Positions 16,375-25,570 of a stretch of DNA of 64,000 bases are shown piece by piece. Position 1 is the first letter of the stretch. Every line of letters begins with the position of its first letter. A model generated the notes under the pieces. It was not told the DNA's origin. It worked only from the letters and a program-made list of their open reading frames with translations, and made no database searches. Origin of the DNA: Anaerolineae bacterium (GTDB lineage: Bacteria > Chloroflexota > Anaerolineae > JAAEKA01); contig JBAQCH010000024.1 of the NCBI GenBank assembly GCA_049294015.1, positions 62,226-126,225 on the forward strand, read 5' to 3'. A program made the translations under genes and the position numbers.

Positions 16375-18543
16375 CTACCCCAGCACCATACGCACGTCCA
16401 CGGCCAGCGCACCCTGGCTGGCCGGATAGGCGAGCAATGGATTGACGTCGATTTCTTGAACTTCAGGGTGATCGAGGGCCAGGCAGGCCACGCGCTCGAT
16501 GACCTCAGCCACGGCATCGATGTCGGCCGGCGCCTGGCCGCGCAGACCCGCCAACAGCTTGCCGGCGTGCGTCTCGCCGATCATGGCCAGCGTCTCGGCC
16601 CGGCTGAAGGGCGCGACGCGGAAGGCCACGTCCTTGAGCAGCTCGACGTAGATGCCGCCCAACCCAAACATCAGCAGCGGGCCGAACTGCGGGTCGCGGC
16701 GCATCCCCACGATCAGCTCATGGCCGGGCAGCGCCATCTGCGTTACCAACACGCCTTCGATGCGAGCGTCGGACTGCCGCTCTTGGACGCGCGCCAGCAT
16801 GGCCGTGTACGCGGCCTGCACCGCCGCCTGGTCCGCCAGCTTGAGCGCGATGCCGCCCACCTCCGATTTGTGGAAGATGTCAGGCGAGACGATCTTCAAC
16901 GCCACGGGAAAGCCGATTTCCACCGCCAGCCGGCCGGCCTCATCGGCTGACCGCGCCAGCTCTGCCCGCGGCTGGGCAATGCCGTAGGCCGCCAGGATCG
17001 GCCGCGCCTCGGCCTCGCCAAGCTGAGCGGGACCAGGGGGAAGGGTGATCGGTGAACGGTGACCCTGGCTCGCCGGTTCTGAGGATAGGCGAGCGGTGAG
17101 CGGTGAGCGGTGAGCGGAGTCGGCTACCAATTTCCCAGTTTCCCAATTTCCCAATCTACCTCGTACCTCTGCATAGCGCCACAGCGCACCCAGCGCCCGC
17201 GCGGCCTGCTCCGGAAAGATGTAGCTGGCAATTTGGTGCTGGTGCAGCACGGCCATGGGCTGGCGCACTACCTCGTCGCCCATGAAACAGGCGACGACGG
17301 GCTTGTTTCTTTCAGATCCCGCCGCCCGCGCGATGGCCTCGGCCACGGCCACCGGATCGACCAGCGCTTGCGGCACCAGGATCGGCAGCACGGCGTCGAA
17401 GGCGTCGCTGGCCAGCAAGGCGGCCACGGCCTGCTCGTACTGCGCCGGCTCGGCCCCGCCCAGCATGTCCACCGGGTTGGCCAGTTGCGCCTCAGGATGG
17501 GTGAAGCCGGCCAACACCGCCTGCACAGATGCGGGCGTCGGCGGCATGAGCAGCCCCACTTGCTCGATGACATCGGCCGCCAGGCTGGCCGGCCCGCCCG
17601 CGTTGGTCACCACCGCCACCCGCGGCCCCCTCGGCAGCGGCCCGTAGGCCAGCGCCAGCGCGTGGTCGAACAGGTCCTCGACGGTGTCCACGCGCAGCAC
17701 GCCGGCCTGCTGGAAGGCCGCGTCGTAGGCCGCCATCTCGCCGGCCAGGCTGCCGGTGTGTGAAGAGACGGCGCGCGTGCCGGCCACCGTGCGGCCAGCC
17801 TTGATCACCAGGACCGGCTTGTGGGGGGTAATCTGCCGCGCCGCGTCGATGAAGCGCCGGCCGTCGCGGATGGCCTCGATGTAGGCCACGATCACCCGCG
17901 TGTTGGGGTCGTCGGCCAGGTCGAGCAGCAGGTCGGTCTCGCTGACGTCGGCGGCGTTGCCCAAGGTGGCGAAGCGGCTGAAGCCGATGCCCTTGCCGGC
18001 CGTCCATTCCAGGATGCCGCCGCAGATCGCGCCCGACTGGCTGACGAAGGCGATGGGGCCGGGCCGGGGCATGGTGCGGATGAAGGTGGTGTTGAGGCCG
18101 CTGTGCGCGTCCAACGTGCCGACGCAGTTGGGGCCGATCAGGCGCATGTTGTACTGGCCTGCAATGTGCAGCAGCGCTTGCTCCAGCGCCAGCCCCTCTG
18201 CGCCCACCTCGCGAAAGCCGCCGGAGATGATGATGGCCGCCTTGAGGCCGCGCCGGCCGCACGCTTCCAATACGCCCGGACAGGCTGCGGCCGGCGTCAT
18301 CAGCACGGCCAGCTCTACGGGGTCAGGCACGGCCTCGATGTCGGGATAGCAGGGCAGGCCCAGGATCTCGTGCGCGCGCGGGTTGACCGGATAGACTGCG
18401 CCCGTGAAGCCGTAGGTGAGACAGTTGCGCAGCACGCCGTGGCTGAGCTTGCGCGGGTCGGCTGACGCGCCGATGACGGCCACGCCGCTGGGGTTGAAGA
18501 AGGAGATAAGTGATGAGTGGGGCGCGGAGTTGGACATGCGCAA
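16375..18543 (-). CDS. Acetate--CoA ligase (ADP-forming) / NDP-forming acyl-CoA synthetase, fused alpha (CoA-binding plus ligase-CoA) and beta (ATP-grasp) domains
   Basis: N-terminal CoA-binding FFNPSGVAVIGASADPRK..GFTGAVYPVNP; C-terminal ATP-grasp start LGEAEARPILAAYGI. The inter-domain linker is encoded by a repeat element (see 17040-17170). Confidence 0.8.
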   Translation of the reverse strand: MRMSNSAPHSSLISFFNPSGVAVIGASADPRKLSHGVLRNCLTYGFTGAVYPVNPRAHEILGLPCYPDIEAVPDPVELAVLMTPAAACPGVLEACGRRGLKAAIIISGGFREVGAEGLALEQALLHIAGQYNMRLIGPNCVGTLDAHSGLNTTFIRTMPRPGPIAFVSQSGAICGGILEWTAGKGIGFSRFATLGNAADVSETDLLLDLADDPNTRVIVAYIEAIRDGRRFIDAARQITPHKPVLVIKAGRTVAGTRAVSSHTGSLAGEMAAYDAAFQQAGVLRVDTVEDLFDHALALAYGPLPRGPRVAVVTNAGGPASLAADVIEQVGLLMPPTPASVQAVLAGFTHPEAQLANPVDMLGGAEPAQYEQAVAALLASDAFDAVLPILVPQALVDPVAVAEAIARAAGSERNKPVVACFMGDEVVRQPMAVLHQHQIASYIFPEQAARALGALWRYAEVRGRLGNWETGKLVADSAHRSPLTARLSSEPASQGHRSPITLPPGPAQLGEAEARPILAAYGIAQPRAELARSADEAGRLAVEIGFPVALKIVSPDIFHKSEVGGIALKLADQAAVQAAYTAMLARVQERQSDARIEGVLVTQMALPGHELIVGMRRDPQFGPLLMFGLGGIYVELLKDVAFRVAPFSRAETLAMIGETHAGKLLAGLRGQAPADIDAVAEVIERVACLALDHPEVQEIDVNPLLAYPASQGALAVDVRMVLG
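17040..17170 (-). repeat. Heptamer/octamer tandem-repeat palindromic element (GGTGAGC x3, TTTCCCAA x3, CAATCTACC) lying in-frame inside the acetyl-CoA synthetase gene, where it encodes the inter-domain linker
   Basis: gagcggtgagcggtgagcggtgagcgg ... ttcccagtttcccaatttcccaatctacc; translated on the minus strand as GRLGNWETGKLVADSAHRSPLTARLSSEPASQGHRSPITLPPGP between the alpha-like and beta-like domains. Confidence 0.55.
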
Positions 18544-18766
18544 CCTCCTGGTGATAGATGTCCCGCCTATCGTATCACAGAAGTAACTATTCAGCCATAG
18601 GTGCCGGGCACTTGAATCTGCGCTTGCACGGATGCCCGCAACGCCGACTCAGGCCCACAAATCGATCGCAAGTGCCCGCCACCTGGATAGTTACTCACAG
18701 AACAGAGTGCAGAGACATGACAGGGGTCATATCTGGGCGAAATTTTCCGATCTGGCATCGGGCCTG

Positions 18767-20014
18767 TTAGCGATAGCGCAGCAACGTATGCGCATCGATC
18801 AGCCGGGCCAGCTCGGCGTCGAAGGGATGCCAGCCGGCCAGCCACGCGCCCCACAGGCTGACGGCCATGCCGAACAGGATCAGCCCTTTGACCGGCCACG
18901 TGCGCACCCGCAGCCCGGCCAGGGCCATGGCCAGGATCAGATAGGGCAGGAAATCGGCGGCGTAGCGGTAGCCGTACTGGACGAAGCCGGTGTTGGCGTA
19001 GAACAGCGCTGGCAGCAGGATCAGCCCGGCCGACAGCAGCGCGGCCTTGGCGCTGAGCGTCCAGCCGCGCAGCGTGGGCAGCAACAGCAGCGCCGGCGTG
19101 GTCAGCAGCAGGCTCATGCCTTCGGGGTTGAAGGCGACAAAGGGGACGATCGGCAGCAGCACCGGCAGGCTGAGGAGCAGGGCGTGCAGGTTGCGCTCCA
19201 GGTAGACCACGTCGAACAAGCCCCAGCGTGCGAAGGTCGGATCGGCGCGCCAGTCCAGGTATGGGTAGCCGAACTCGGCCGGCTGGCCGAAGCGCGCCCA
19301 GTTATACCAGGCTGCCAGCAACAGCACGGCGCCCAGGGCCAGGCTGAAGCGCAACAGCGCCCGCCGCGTGCCGGCAGTCAAACCTCGTTCCGTGCGCCAG
19401 ACCTCGGCCAGAATGAGCGGAAAGCCCAGCAGTGTGGCCCCGCGTGCCATGAAGGCGGCGCCCAAAGCCAGCCCTGCCCAGCCCGGATGGCGCCCACGAT
19501 AGGCAGCGACGAGGTAGAGGCAGGTGAAGAGCACGGCGACGATCTGGCCGGTGTAGTAGACATTGCTGGACGCGCTGAGGGCTGCAACTGGCGTGCCGAA
19601 GACTAACAGGCCCGCCAGCCAGACCCGCTCGCGCTGGCTGTGGCCGGTCTCCACCAGGTAGCGCGTCAGCGTCAGATAGAAGAGGGGCAAAATAGCGGCG
19701 GCCAGCAGCAGGTGCAGTACTCCGTGGTAAACGCCGCGGCCAAAAATGGCCACCACAGGAGCGTACAGCGCCGCGGCGGCCGGCGGATAGGGGACAAAGT
19801 AGCGCCCGCCGAATTCAGCCAAATCCAGGTACGGAGCAAGCTGGGGTGCGATGTCCAGCCGGCCGGCCAGCCAGGCCTCGGCCTGCGCTACGAACTCATT
19901 GGGCGGTCGCATAGCCAGCCGCGGCCCGGCCAGCAGGCCGAAGACCAGCAGGCTCAGTCCGTACAGCGCCAGCGCCATGCCCAGGTTAGGCCGCTTCACG
20001 CACGACTCTCGCAA
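18767..20014 (-). CDS. Polytopic membrane protein, putative GT-C fold glycosyltransferase (ArnT/PMT/DUF2079-like)
   Basis: 415 aa with about 10 hydrophobic segments and an aromatic-rich periplasmic loop; family assignment is weak. Confidence 0.45.
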   Translation of the reverse strand: MRESCVKRPNLGMALALYGLSLLVFGLLAGPRLAMRPPNEFVAQAEAWLAGRLDIAPQLAPYLDLAEFGGRYFVPYPPAAAALYAPVVAIFGRGVYHGVLHLLLAAAILPLFYLTLTRYLVETGHSQRERVWLAGLLVFGTPVAALSASSNVYYTGQIVAVLFTCLYLVAAYRGRHPGWAGLALGAAFMARGATLLGFPLILAEVWRTERGLTAGTRRALLRFSLALGAVLLLAAWYNWARFGQPAEFGYPYLDWRADPTFARWGLFDVVYLERNLHALLLSLPVLLPIVPFVAFNPEGMSLLLTTPALLLLPTLRGWTLSAKAALLSAGLILLPALFYANTGFVQYGYRYAADFLPYLILAMALAGLRVRTWPVKGLILFGMAVSLWGAWLAGWHPFDAELARLIDAHTLLRYR

Positions 20015-20132
20015 TCCGTTCCAGGTTCAACAAAAAGGCGCCCCCGCCTATTCGCCAAGCAACGGGGACGCCCTTTTCTCTCATATCGACCAAGTTCCTC
20101 TCAGTTCCTCTCAGTTCCTCTGCCCTGCGCCG

Positions 20133-20441
20133 CTAGAAGATACCCAGCTCTTCCTTGGCCCACTCGCTCATCATCTCCGGCGACCAGAAGGGCTGCCAAA
20201 CGATGTTGACGCTGATCTGGTTGGCCTCGGGGAAGGCGCGCTTGACGGTCTGCTTGACGTCGTAGATGATCTGCGGGCCGGCCGGGCAGCCAGGGCTGGT
20301 CAGCGTCATGTCGATGTCGATGGTGTCCTCGTCTACATCGACGCCGTAGATCAGGCCCAGGTCGACGATGTTCAGGCCGATTTCCGGGTCGATCACGCTG
20401 GCTCGAATGCGCTCGCGTACGTCGTTATCTGTGATTGCCAT
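20133..20441 (-). CDS. sufT: DUF59/MIP18-family Fe-S assembly protein (SufT-like)
   Basis: 102 aa; DUF59 hallmarks VIDPEIGLNIVDLGLIY and TLTSPGCP. Confidence 0.75.
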   Translation of the reverse strand: MAITDNDVRERIRASVIDPEIGLNIVDLGLIYGVDVDEDTIDIDMTLTSPGCPAGPQIIYDVKQTVKRAFPEANQISVNIVWQPFWSPEMMSEWAKEELGIF

Positions 20442-20456
20442 AGTGTTCTCCTGTCT

Positions 20457-20777
20457 TTACCAATCCACTGTCAAGAAGATCGCACTGCCCTGCACCGTCA
20501 CCGGGAAGGCCTCGATCGGCTCGAAGGCCGGCATAACCAGCGCCTTGCCGGTGCGGATGTCGAAGCGGCCGCCGTGGCGCGGGCACTCGATTTGATAGGC
20601 GTCGATCAGCTCGCCTTCGCCCAATGGGCCGCCATCGTGGCTGCAGATGTCCTCGACGGCATAGTACTGCTCGTTGTCGACGTTGAAGACGGCAATCTCG
20701 ATGCCGTCGATCTCGACCACCATCTTGCCCCCGGCCGCAATGTCCGTGGTTTCAGCAACTTTGACTAAACGCGACAT
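20457..20777 (-). CDS. Rieske [2Fe-2S] ferredoxin-like protein
   Basis: Rieske motifs CSHDGGPL ... CPRHGGRF; start refined to MSRLVKV. Confidence 0.7.
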   Translation of the reverse strand: MSRLVKVAETTDIAAGGKMVVEIDGIEIAVFNVDNEQYYAVEDICSHDGGPLGEGELIDAYQIECPRHGGRFDIRTGKALVMPAFEPIEAFPVTVQGSAIFLTVDW

Positions 20778-20814
20778 GGTTGTTTTGCAATGCCTTTCCG
20801 AAATGAGTTTATCG

Positions 20815-20900
20815 TCCGTAGCATGTAGCACGTAACACGTAACACGTAACTCGGAACCCGGAATGCACTCCGCATACACGCTCTGGGTTACGGATTACGC
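20815..20900 (+). repeat. GTAAC-type palindromic heptamer-repeat element (gtaacacgtaacacgtaactcgg...ccgg...gggttacggattacgc)
   Basis: Intergenic, between the Rieske gene and sufU; same family as 22996-23068 and 36793-36880. Confidence 0.55.
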
Positions 20901-21275
20901 ATCACTGTCCTCAACGCCCCACACGCCCGCCTTGAGCGCCTTCAACGGCAGCAGCGCGCATTTCAAACGCACCGGGCCGATCTCGATGCCCAGCAGGTCC
21001 AGGATATCGTCCTTGGTCCAGCTTTTCAGCTCGTCCAGCGACTTGCCGACGATCTCCTCGGTCATCATGGAGGCCGAGGCCTGGCTGATGGCGCAGCCGC
21101 GGCCGTCGAAGGCCGCGTCCACCACCACGCCATCCTCGATCTTCAGCTCCAGCGTGATCTCGTCGCCGCAAAAGGGGTTGTGGTCGAAGTGGCTGATGTC
21201 GGGGTTGTCCAGATGACCCTTGTGGCGCGGATATTTGTAGTGGTCGAGGATAGCCTCGCGGTAGAGTGCGTCCAT
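20895..21275 (-). CDS. sufU: SufU/IscU-like (NifU N-terminal family) Fe-S scaffold/sulfur acceptor
   Basis: MDALYREAILDHYKYPRHKG...NPFCGDEITL...DGRGCAISQASASMMTE; start refined within the longer ORF. Confidence 0.8.
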   Translation of the reverse strand: MDALYREAILDHYKYPRHKGHLDNPDISHFDHNPFCGDEITLELKIEDGVVVDAAFDGRGCAISQASASMMTEEIVGKSLDELKSWTKDDILDLLGIEIGPVRLKCALLPLKALKAGVWGVEDSDA

Positions 21276-21282
21276 AGTTCTC

Positions 21283-22506
21283 CTACATTCCCAACACCGA
21301 ATGCACTTTGTCCAGCGCCATGACCAGCCGGTCGATCTCGTCGAAGGTGTTGTAGAAGTAGAAGCTGGCGCGGGCGCTGGCCGGGATGCCGTAGAAGTCG
21401 TGGATCGGCTGGGCGCAGTGATGACCGGCGCGGATGGCGATGCCTTCGGCGTCCAGGATGGCCGCGGTGTCGTGCGGGTGGATCTCGCCCAGGGTGAAGG
21501 CCACTGCGCCGCCGCGCTGATCAGGGCCAGGCCCCAGGATGCGCAGCCCCTCGACGCGACCAAGCTGCTCCATGGCATAGCTCACCAGCTCGTGCTCGCG
21601 CTGCTGCACGAAGTCCATGCCCAGGCTGGTCAGGTAGTCCACCGCCGCGCCCAGGCCGATCACTTCGGCAATCGCTGGCGTGCCGGCCTCGAACTTCCAG
21701 GGCAGCGTGTTCCAGCGCGAGCCCTCCAGCCGAACCTCGCGGATCATATCGCCGCCGCCCATGAAGGGGGGCATGGTCTCCAGCAGCTCACGCCGGCCGT
21801 AGAGCACGCCGCTGCCGGTCGGCCCGCACATCTTGTGGCCTGAGAAGACCAGGAAGTCGCAGTTGAGCGCCTGCACGTCCACCGGCAGATGGGGCACGCT
21901 CTGCGCGCCGTCGACCAACGCCAGCGCGCCCACGCTGTGCGCCCGCGCCACCAGTTCCGCCGCCGGGTTGATGGTGCCCAGCACGTTGGACATGGCCACG
22001 AAGGCGAACAGCTTGGTGCGCTCGGTCAGGAGTTCATCCAGCAGGTCCAGGCGCAGCGTGCCTTGCGCATCCAGCGGCACGTACCGCAGCGTCGCGCCGG
22101 TGCGCGCAGCAATGATCTGCCAGGGCACGATGTTAGCGTGGTGCTCCATCTGCGTGATCAGCACCTCGTCGCCCGGCTTGAGCGCGTCCAGTCCCCAGCT
22201 ATAGGCCACCAGGTTGACGGCCTCGGTGGCGTTGCGGGTGAAGATCACCTGCTTGGAGCTGGGCGCGTTGATGAAGCGGGCGATGCGGCCGCGCGCGGTT
22301 TCATACAGCGCCGTCGCCTCCTCGCTCAGCGTGTGGACGCCGCGGTGGACGTTGGCGTTGCGCAGGTGGTAATAGTCGTCCATGGCCTGCAGGACCGCCA
22401 GCGGCTTCTGCGAGGTCGCCGCGTTGTCAAGATAGGCGAGGGGCTTGCCGTTGATCTCCCGCTGTAGAATGGGAAAGTCGGCGCGGATGGCTTCGATGCT
22501 TCTCAC
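21283..22506 (-). CDS. sufS: Cysteine desulfurase SufS (class V aminotransferase)
   Basis: 407 aa; ..YLDNAATSQKP.., PLP-Lys region and catalytic Cys loop typical of SufS. Confidence 0.9.
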   Translation of the reverse strand: MRSIEAIRADFPILQREINGKPLAYLDNAATSQKPLAVLQAMDDYYHLRNANVHRGVHTLSEEATALYETARGRIARFINAPSSKQVIFTRNATEAVNLVAYSWGLDALKPGDEVLITQMEHHANIVPWQIIAARTGATLRYVPLDAQGTLRLDLLDELLTERTKLFAFVAMSNVLGTINPAAELVARAHSVGALALVDGAQSVPHLPVDVQALNCDFLVFSGHKMCGPTGSGVLYGRRELLETMPPFMGGGDMIREVRLEGSRWNTLPWKFEAGTPAIAEVIGLGAAVDYLTSLGMDFVQQREHELVSYAMEQLGRVEGLRILGPGPDQRGGAVAFTLGEIHPHDTAAILDAEGIAIRAGHHCAQPIHDFYGIPASARASFYFYNTFDEIDRLVMALDKVHSVLGM

Positions 22507-22574
22507 AATAGGCGCTCACAGGAGACCTTCGAGGTTTTCGGCAACCTCGAAGGTCTGGGGCTAATCCAGACGTT

Positions 22575-22985
22575 CTAGGAAGGGTTGATCTTGTGACAGG
22601 CGTGCTTGACCGTATCAAAAGCCAGGGTAGCACAGCGCTGGCGGGCGCTGGCGATGTCAGGCCCAAGCCTGTCCAACAGGGGCTCCGCCGTAGCGGCGTC
22701 GATCTGGGCCAGGGTCAACCCATTTAGCATCTCCATGGCCATGGACGCGGCCGCCTGGCTGATGGTGCAGCCCTGGCCCTGGAAGGCCAGCGCTACCGGC
22801 CCGCCGTTGCCGGCGGCCCGCACGTAAACCGTCACCACGTCGCCGCAGGCCGGATTGTTGCCCGTGTGGACGACATCAGCCGGCTCCAACAAGCCGAAAT
22901 GGCGTGGATGCTCGAAGTGGTCGACGATCAGGTCGATGCGTTCTTGGCGGTCCATGGCGCTGCTCTGTTGCATTGAACGATGCAT
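22575..22985 (-). CDS. Second SufU/NifU-like Fe-S scaffold paralog (start may be an internal Met)
   Basis: ..VDHFEHPRHFG...NPACGDVVTV...QGQGCTISQAAASMAME; Cys triad conserved. Confidence 0.7.
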   Translation of the reverse strand: MHRSMQQSSAMDRQERIDLIVDHFEHPRHFGLLEPADVVHTGNNPACGDVVTVYVRAAGNGGPVALAFQGQGCTISQAAASMAMEMLNGLTLAQIDAATAEPLLDRLGPDIASARQRCATLAFDTVKHACHKINPS

Positions 22986-22995
22986 ACCGAGTCAT

Positions 22996-23068
22996 GTGTA
23001 ACGAGTAACCCGTAACCCGGAAGCGCGCACGCGCAATTCCGGGTTACGTTTTACTCGTTACTCGTTGC
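22996..23068 (+). repeat. GTAAC-type palindromic element (gtaacgagtaacccgtaacccgg-aagcgcgcacgcgcaatt-ccgggttacgttttactcgttactcg)
   Basis: Near-perfect inverted repeat, intergenic between the second sufU and the rhodanese gene. Confidence 0.55.
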
Positions 23069-23116
23069 GGCAGTTCAGCCGATTATCGCGCCTCTCTCAG
23101 CAGCGGGCAAATAGCG

Positions 23117-23962
23117 TCACTTCTCGATCGGCACGCCCACCAGGTTGCCCCACTCGGTCCAACTGCCGTCGTAGTTGCGCACGTTGGGGTAGCCCAGCAG
23201 GTAGGTCAGCACAAACCAGGTGTGGCTGGAGCGTTCGCCGATGCGGCAGTAGGCCACCACCGTATCGTCGGGCTTGAGGCCCTGCTCGGCTTCGTAGATG
23301 GCCCGCAGCTCGTCGGCGCTCTTGAAGGTCCCATCGGCGTTGGCCGCCCGCGCCCAAGGCACGTTCTTCGCGCCGGGGATGTGCCCGCCGCGCAGCGCGC
23401 CCTCCTGCGGGTAGTTGGGCATGTGCAGCAGCTCGCCGCTGTATTCAGCCGGCGAGCGCACATCCACCAGCGGCAGGCCGGCCTGCACGTGGGCCAGCAC
23501 CTGGTCGCGGTAGGCGCGAATCTTGTAGTCGGCGCGCGCCTGGGCCCGGTAGGCAGTCTTGGGATAGGTTGGCGTTACCTTGGTCATGGGCCGCCCCTCG
23601 GCCTCCCACTTCGCGCGGCCGCCATCCATCACCTTGGCGTGGGCGTGGCCGAAGAGTTGGAAGACCCAGAACGCGTAGGTGGCCCACCAATTGTTCTTGT
23701 CGCCGTAGAAGACCACCGTCGTGTCGTTACCGATGCCGTTGATGGCCATCAGCACCTCGAAATCCTGACGGGTCAGGTAGTCGCGGCGTACAGCGTCATT
23801 CAGGTCTTTTTGCCAGTCGATCTGCACGGCGCCGGGGATGTGGCCCAGGTCGTACAGCAGGATGTCTTCGTTGGACTCAACGATACGGATGGTGGGATCG
23901 TTCAGGTGGTCAGCGACCCACTGGGTAGAGACCAGGACATCAGGAATTGTATAGCCTTTCAT
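23117..23962 (-). CDS. Tandem-rhodanese thiosulfate/3-mercaptopyruvate sulfurtransferase
   Basis: Active-site [11 protein letters not shown]; two rhodanese domains; start refined to MKGYTIPDV. Confidence 0.8.
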   Translation of the reverse strand: MKGYTIPDVLVSTQWVADHLNDPTIRIVESNEDILLYDLGHIPGAVQIDWQKDLNDAVRRDYLTRQDFEVLMAINGIGNDTTVVFYGDKNNWWATYAFWVFQLFGHAHAKVMDGGRAKWEAEGRPMTKVTPTYPKTAYRAQARADYKIRAYRDQVLAHVQAGLPLVDVRSPAEYSGELLHMPNYPQEGALRGGHIPGAKNVPWARAANADGTFKSADELRAIYEAEQGLKPDDTVVAYCRIGERSSHTWFVLTYLLGYPNVRNYDGSWTEWGNLVGVPIEK

Positions 23963-24111
23963 AGCCAGGAAGAACCTCCTCATCAAGCGAATAAGAACAC
24001 CGGCCACAGATCATGCAGAACACACAGACGCACCATTTCCGGTCAATCCGTGCCATCCGCGCAATCTGTGGCCGGTGTTTGGTCATGCTATGCCTTGGCC
24101 AGAAGCGCAGG

Positions 24112-25446
24112 CTAGCCGCCGATAATCTTGCGAGCGATGCTTTGCTCCAGCTTGCGGCGCACGCCCTCCACGGGCACACGGTTGAGCACTTCCTCGAAGA
24201 AACCGGTGACGATCATCTGCTCGGCCTGATACTGGCTCAGGCCGCGCGCCATCAGGTAAAAGAGATACTCTGGCTCGATCTTGCTGACGGTGGCGCCGTG
24301 GGTGCAGCGCACGTCGTCGGCCTCGATCTCCAGGCCGGGGATGCTGTCGGCGCGAGCGCGTTTGTCCAGCACCAGGTTCTCGTTCTTCTGGTAGGCGTCG
24401 GTTTTCTGCGCGTGGGGCCAGACCTTGATGCTGCCGGAGTAAACCGAGCGCGAGCGGCCGCGCAGCGCGCCCTTGAACAGCAGGTCGCTGGTGCAGTGAT
24501 CGGCCATGTGGTTCTGCATGGTGTGATGGTCCAGGTGCTGCCGGCCGCTGGGGAAGTAGAAGCCCAACAGCTCGCCGTGCCCGCCCCGCTCCAGCAGTTG
24601 CATCTCCAGGTTGATCTTGCTCAGCCGGCTGCCCCACGAGCTGGTCATCCAGTTGATCTGAGCGTCGCGGCGCATCTGAGCCTGCTGGGTGCTGAAGTGC
24701 CAGGTATTGGTGTTCCAGTCCTGGCTGTGCAGGTAACGCACCACGGCGCCGGCTTGGGCGAAGATCTCGACGACGCCGCTGTGGAAGGCTGCGCCCTCGC
24801 CGTCGCTCACCATCTCGTCGACGTAGGTGACCTGCGAGTTCTCCTCAGCGATGATCAGCGTGTGGGCGAAGTCTGCCAGGCCGCCGCTGGCAGCCGTGAT
24901 GCCGTAGAGCGGCAGCTCGATCTGGACGTTGCGCGGCACATAGAGCACCGCGCCGCCCGTGACCAGGGCTGCGTGCAGGGCGGTGAACTTGTCGGCGTCC
25001 ACCGCCACGTTGTTGGTCATGAAGTAGCGCTGAATCAGCTCCGGATGCTGGCGGATGGCCGTGTTCAGGTCGGTGAAAAGCACACCCTTGGCGGTCAGTT
25101 CGCTGCTCAGCTCATGATAGCGCACAGCGCCGTTTTCTGTCACCAGCGCGCCGGCCGACTCAACCGACTCCATCTCTTCACGCAGGTAAGCGGGCAGGTC
25201 GGCGCGGTCGCCGCGCTCGGGCCCCGCGGCGTTGGGTAGACGAAAATCGTCGATACTGAGGCCGGTCAGCCGGGTACGACGCCACTCTTCCTCTTCGCCC
25301 GTGGGCCAGGCGATCTCTTCGTAAAAGCGCCACGCGCGCCGGCGCAGGTCCAGGAACCACTCCGGCTCGCGCCGCTGGGCCGAAAGCCCCTCGACGCCAG
25401 CCTGGTTCAAGCCAACTTCTGGCAATGTCATTGTTTTTACAGTCAT
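24112..25446 (-). CDS. sufD: Fe-S cluster assembly protein SufD
   Basis: SufB/D-family C-terminal beta-helix region; GGAG RBS 8 nt before the ATG at 25446. Confidence 0.85.
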   Translation of the reverse strand: MTVKTMTLPEVGLNQAGVEGLSAQRREPEWFLDLRRRAWRFYEEIAWPTGEEEEWRRTRLTGLSIDDFRLPNAAGPERGDRADLPAYLREEMESVESAGALVTENGAVRYHELSSELTAKGVLFTDLNTAIRQHPELIQRYFMTNNVAVDADKFTALHAALVTGGAVLYVPRNVQIELPLYGITAASGGLADFAHTLIIAEENSQVTYVDEMVSDGEGAAFHSGVVEIFAQAGAVVRYLHSQDWNTNTWHFSTQQAQMRRDAQINWMTSSWGSRLSKINLEMQLLERGGHGELLGFYFPSGRQHLDHHTMQNHMADHCTSDLLFKGALRGRSRSVYSGSIKVWPHAQKTDAYQKNENLVLDKRARADSIPGLEIEADDVRCTHGATVSKIEPEYLFYLMARGLSQYQAEQMIVTGFFEEVLNRVPVEGVRRKLEQSIARKIIGG

Positions 25447-25456
25447 TTTGATCTCC

Positions 25457-25570
25457 GGGAAGGAAACAGGTAGACAAGTAAACAAGTAGACAAGGGGCAG
25501 GTTGCAGATTTCGCTCGCTTCCTTGTCTTCCCATTCCGCCCCTTGTTTCCTTGTCTACCTGTCTACTTGT
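25457..25570 (+). repeat. GTAGACAAG-type palindromic heptamer-repeat element (caggtagacaagtaaacaagtagacaagg ... ccttgtctacctgtctacttgtctac)
   Basis: Long inverted repeat between sufD and sufB; related element at 38395-38528. Confidence 0.55.

Noticed and set aside
20014-20133. Short tandem ctcagttcct x2 in the intergenic region as a functional repeat
   Set aside because: Only two units with no inverted partner; insufficient to call beyond noting it.
18632-20768. Plus-strand ORFs of 324, 189 and 305 aa over the membrane glycosyltransferase and SufT region
   Set aside because: Antisense to better-supported minus-strand genes; Arg/Gln/Gly-rich low-complexity products.
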